Shown here one piece after another: positions 60,100 to 64,000 of a stretch of DNA of 64,000 nt; the stretch's first letter is position 1; each line of letters begins with the position of its first letter. This DNA comes from Amphiscolops sp. MND2022 (taxonomy: Eukaryota). The position numbers and the translations under genes were made by a program. The stretch is taken from NCBI GenBank assembly GCA_964187785.1, contig OZ076411.1, positions 37,386,001-37,450,000 of the forward strand, in the 5' to 3' direction. Below the pieces are notes generated by a model. That model ran no database searches. It was not told the origin of the DNA and saw only the letters and a program-made list of their open reading frames with translations.

Positions 60100-63000
60100 T
60101 CAACCTTGTGATTGAATTTTTTCCATTGATCAATAAATATTAGTAACGGTCAGGCAAAAAGCCGTGAACGGCTTGCGTCAAAATTGCCAAAACTTGACAC
60201 GTCAAACTACTAACGTCAAGGAACAGCGTCAAAAGAGTATGGTCGATTTAGATTGAGTACCTTCGCTCGTAAATAATGTCGAACTATAATTACCAGAAAC
60301 TTCGTCATCAGAAATTTTGTCATTGATAATTACGTTCTATAAGACGTCGCATTTTATCTAATCTGTGAGGAAGCGTCTAATATTATTGTGCTTACTTATC
60401 CCAATAATTATCGTTAATTGTGCAATTATTGCTATCCTTGACTACTTTTAGTTATGATTCTGAAAAAAAAGGTTTCGCAAACAAAATTTTAACTGCTAAT
60501 ATAAAATCTTCCATTTCTACGCACATTCAACCAGTTCACCAGAAAAAAATGGAACGCATAAAAATTTTAGAGCTTAATAAAGGAGGATCATGCTCCTGTC
60601 GAAGACCTGTTTATGTAGTGAGAGCTCCATTTCAGATGATTGACAGAAAAACCAAAAGAATATCAGCACGTTGTTTACAAAGATTACGTTTTGGAAAAGA
60701 GAAAACTGTTATGCGTTCCGTACTTTTGATGGTCCTACGACGAAATTTCTTTGTCAAACAAATCGTTGGCTAAAATTGAGTAGTCGGTGTTCAGTTTCTC
60801 TGTAACTTCAATGCGAAAAATCCTGGGACGAGGTAAGTGAAGACAAAGATGTATCGTTTTTCAGCACAGGGGGTTTTGATGAAAAATGGTACAAAGTAAT
60901 GAATTCCAGTTGTACGGAATCGAAAGTTGATTGTCGCGCTGTTGTCTGCGACAAGTGATGCAACGTCGAATGAGTTGTCGAAACATCTTGCGGACTTTGA
61001 AATTCCCTAACTGTTTTATCGGATAAATTCGAGTCCACAGTGTCCATTAGTTTTGTGAATATGCTGTAAACATATTCTGATGGAAGGGCATGCAGCATCC
61101 ATGTTGACAGGAAATCCACTGCACAGAATAAAGAATAATAGTGACTTTGTCTAGTCGGCCACGCGATTGCAAGTATCCATGCTGGTCGATGAAGGGCTGA
61201 GTTGTGAAACCCTAGAGTTAGCGGACAGGCGTTTTTGCTAAGTTAGCTCTTTTAATTATGCGCTGGAAGAATGTTGCTGAAAAGTTTTGATGACATATTT
61301 GAAAGCTTCGATGATAATTTCCAAAATTAGAGGAGCATGGCGATTTCTGGGGTTGTCGGCAATGAGGAAACAGAAGGCAATAATCCCAAATGAAGAAGTT
61401 CCCATTACTCAAACTAGTAATTTCGAAGGGTGGTTTCTCTAGTTGGTCAGTGGGTTGGTGAGTAAAAGACACGTCAACTCGTTGAAACGAAGTATGTAGG
61501 AGGGATTATATTAATAATTGCGTGAGCGAAACAACGGTTCTCGAATCCATTGCGAGTTCACGTTCATTTGGCTGGCAGTATCTCCTCTTGTCCCATTTTC
61601 TATGGGGTTGACTGAAGCTGGAACGTATCTCCACTCGGAAGCGTCTCTTGAATCGAGGATGAAGTTTAGTCGATTGACAACGAAGATTTTGTGTCGTTGA
61701 TGATTGTTTTTATTTGAATGCAAAACAGTTGTACTATTGGTTCACATAAAAGTTTTGGTATGTGTATGTACAGTTTTTTGATGGTTTTTAAGGGATGCTG
61801 ATTGAAGTTCTATGTTCGGAATAGTGAATCGGCTTACGGGTGCGACTCTGGCTTCTCCAATTAGGAAATCTTTGCTGATGTGGTTGTTGTCAGGATCTTT
61901 TCGCATTCAGTGGATTTGGGTGGCGTTTTGACGAGCTTTTTAGTTGTAAAGCTGTCGGTTTAGTTCAATCTTCACAAAGGTATCAATTTCCCGCGATTGA
62001 AATTAGCTATGTGTTCTCCTGGAAAAGGTTTATCCCACTGTTGTCCACCGTTCCGGCAGCTGCAAGCAAAATCGTAAGCGAATCGTCAGAGGTTCTGTGA
62101 GTCCGGAAAAGCGATGAAGTAAACTTCAATAATCTTTGTTGAGTGGTTGCTTGTATGTCTTTGATAACTAGGTGAAGATCTGGTAGAAAGAAGATGTCTT
62201 TTTTTGTGTCCAGTGGTCCAAACACGCCTTGTGGCATCAATGAATTGCAGGGTCGGTACATGCAGCTCGCAACCCCGAGTTCAAACCTCTCGAAAAATTG
62301 CAGCTGTTTGATTTGCACTAAGTCACATTGAGTTTATCCCCTTGAGCAGTATCTGTGGCTTCTTTATCTGTTAGTGGGTAAATTGAGATGAAGATCGTCC
62401 ATATAAATGTTCCTCTGAATGGTTGCTGGCATATTCAGATGAAGGTCCGCATTGTATTTAGCACATTAATGAACAGCGTAACAAGCAACACATAATGAAT
62501 CGGTCGCGCCAAAAATGTGTCTGCTTCATAGTCGATCATTGCTCTTCGTTCCTCCACAAAAGCGTAGAAATGGTCTGTCACTGTGGTCCACGAGCACTTG
62601 GATGATCACATCCTCGATATTCTACAGATATCTCTACTCTGTGTAGTCGCAAGCGCGTTATTAGGCTTGTGAGGTTGCAAAGAAGGTCTAGTCCAGTAAG
62701 AACACTGCTATTGAGTGATTTCCTTTCGATATCGATACTGGCATTTGTCACTTGGCGAAATTTTCCAGAGTAGTGGATGTTGGTACCTGGATGGTGTGGA
62801 AGATTGAGGTTGTATAGTTTGGCGGCGCTTGAACGATGTAATCTTTGCAAGGTCGTCAAATTTTGTTTTCTGTGTAGTTTCAGTTTGAACTTTTTCAAAA
62901 CTTTGTTTGAGGCTGGCGATTGATATTCGGCAACAACTCACTGATTGTTCGGCAGATTGGATGTTTTATTTCCGGAAAAGTCCGATTTGGTAGCGAGCTA

Positions 63001-63900
63001 CAATTTTTGTTCCTGTTGACTCGAGAATCTTCCCGGCGCAGCGATAGTTGGCTTGAAAAACTTTCTTGGTTGACGAGACTCCTTCAAGGTCTTTGCGCAT
63101 CAAGTGTGAACTTGCTGACAAAATTCATCAACCATAGTTGGTGTCCAGAAAACGAGTGTCTCTGCTGACGTCGGTATCTGATGACTGCTGTTTCCTTATG
63201 TTATTGATGACTTGTGTCCATCCAAGAACAGTGTGCAATGCTTTTGATGTATCAGGTGGTCCGTGAATGAATTTACGGTTGCAAAACACAACGTTTGAGT
63301 CAACGGCGATCAAAAGTGAAACAGTATGGGATCGAAAGATTTAGTTCCTTGAATTCATCAGATGATACGTTGCCAAGCACTTGTTGATGATTAATTCTCG
63401 GCACTGGGTGCACTTCGGAAAGTGTTGACGATGGATCAAATGAGCGTTTTTAAAATATTCTTCGAAGGAAAGCTTCGTAGATCATTCTCAACTTCCGACA
63501 GTGGTGTTGATTAGCGGTTGAGAAAAGATTTTGAAAGTAGAGTGATTAGCTTTGGCAGAGACTCAAAACGAACAACTGTCTGTTTGGCTTCGTCGAATCT
63601 TTTTTGACTCTACCACTGATTCGCTGTTTTTTTGCAAAAATTGTTGTAGTTCATTTTCAGTTTCACCCACTTTCGAATTACAAGAGAGGAATCGCTTGAG
63701 GTTTGCCCTTTAGCAGCACTCAATTCAATGGCTTCATTACTATTTTCTCCATCATCATCAACATCGGCCACAGTTGCCCAATTTTTGCCTTTAGTTTTTA
63801 TTATAACCATCTTTTTACAATGTTTCCATTAGAGTGATTCAACAACACTTCAAAAGTGGTTGACAATTATTTTCAACACTGTTGGTGAATGTAAAAACTC
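60100..63900 (-). mobile_element. Decayed BEL/Pao LTR retrotransposon pol
   Basis: Fragments in BEL order on the minus strand: ALHTVLGW (63128-63313); SLNSSVLTGLDLLCNL..LITRLR (62578-62898); IYMDDL (62392-62409); RLLKFTSSLF (about 62110); KIFVVNRL..EWRYVPASVNPI..GTRG (61511-61723). Many stops; boundaries approximate. Confidence 0.8.
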
Positions 63901-64000
63901 GAAAAAGGTAATTTAAGGGTAAACCTAACTACTGTGCGCCTGAAAAATTACGTTATAAGATGGAAAATGGTCAAAACAAAGATAACTTGATATTTGTAAG

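Overview
AT-rich, intron-containing metazoan genomic DNA; the species cannot be established from the sequence alone. Left part (1.1-23.9 kb, + strand): 15 phase-consistent exons of an Eph-family receptor (ligand-binding domain, Cys-rich/EGF-like, 2xFN3, TM, kinase fold, SAM, C-terminal PDZ-binding motif). The signal-peptide exon presumably lies upstream of the window. Its kinase domain has lost the Gly-rich loop, HRD (now HKV) and DFG (now GFD), so it is a predicted Eph pseudokinase. Right part (27.9-64 kb) is a nested transposon field: an old Ty3/gypsy element (27867-35121, TSD GAGAC) whose 5' end is triplicated in 903-bp units, Helentron/DINE-1-like non-autonomous elements (some carrying tRNA-like cargo), an 808-bp CCC-terminal MITE, decayed BEL/Pao sequence, and a very young 15.2-kb Ty3/gypsy element (43958-59143, 1101-bp LTRs, TSD GCATC). 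Besides intact gag and pol, this young element carries an antisense 7-exon gene of about 1111 codons. That gene looks like a full-length but catalytically dead hAT-type transposase with a zinc finger, and a decayed relative of it appears to lie at about 39.2-42.4 kb. This accessory gene is the most unusual system in the window. Exon models, motif alignments and repeat comparisons were made by eye and need computational confirmation.
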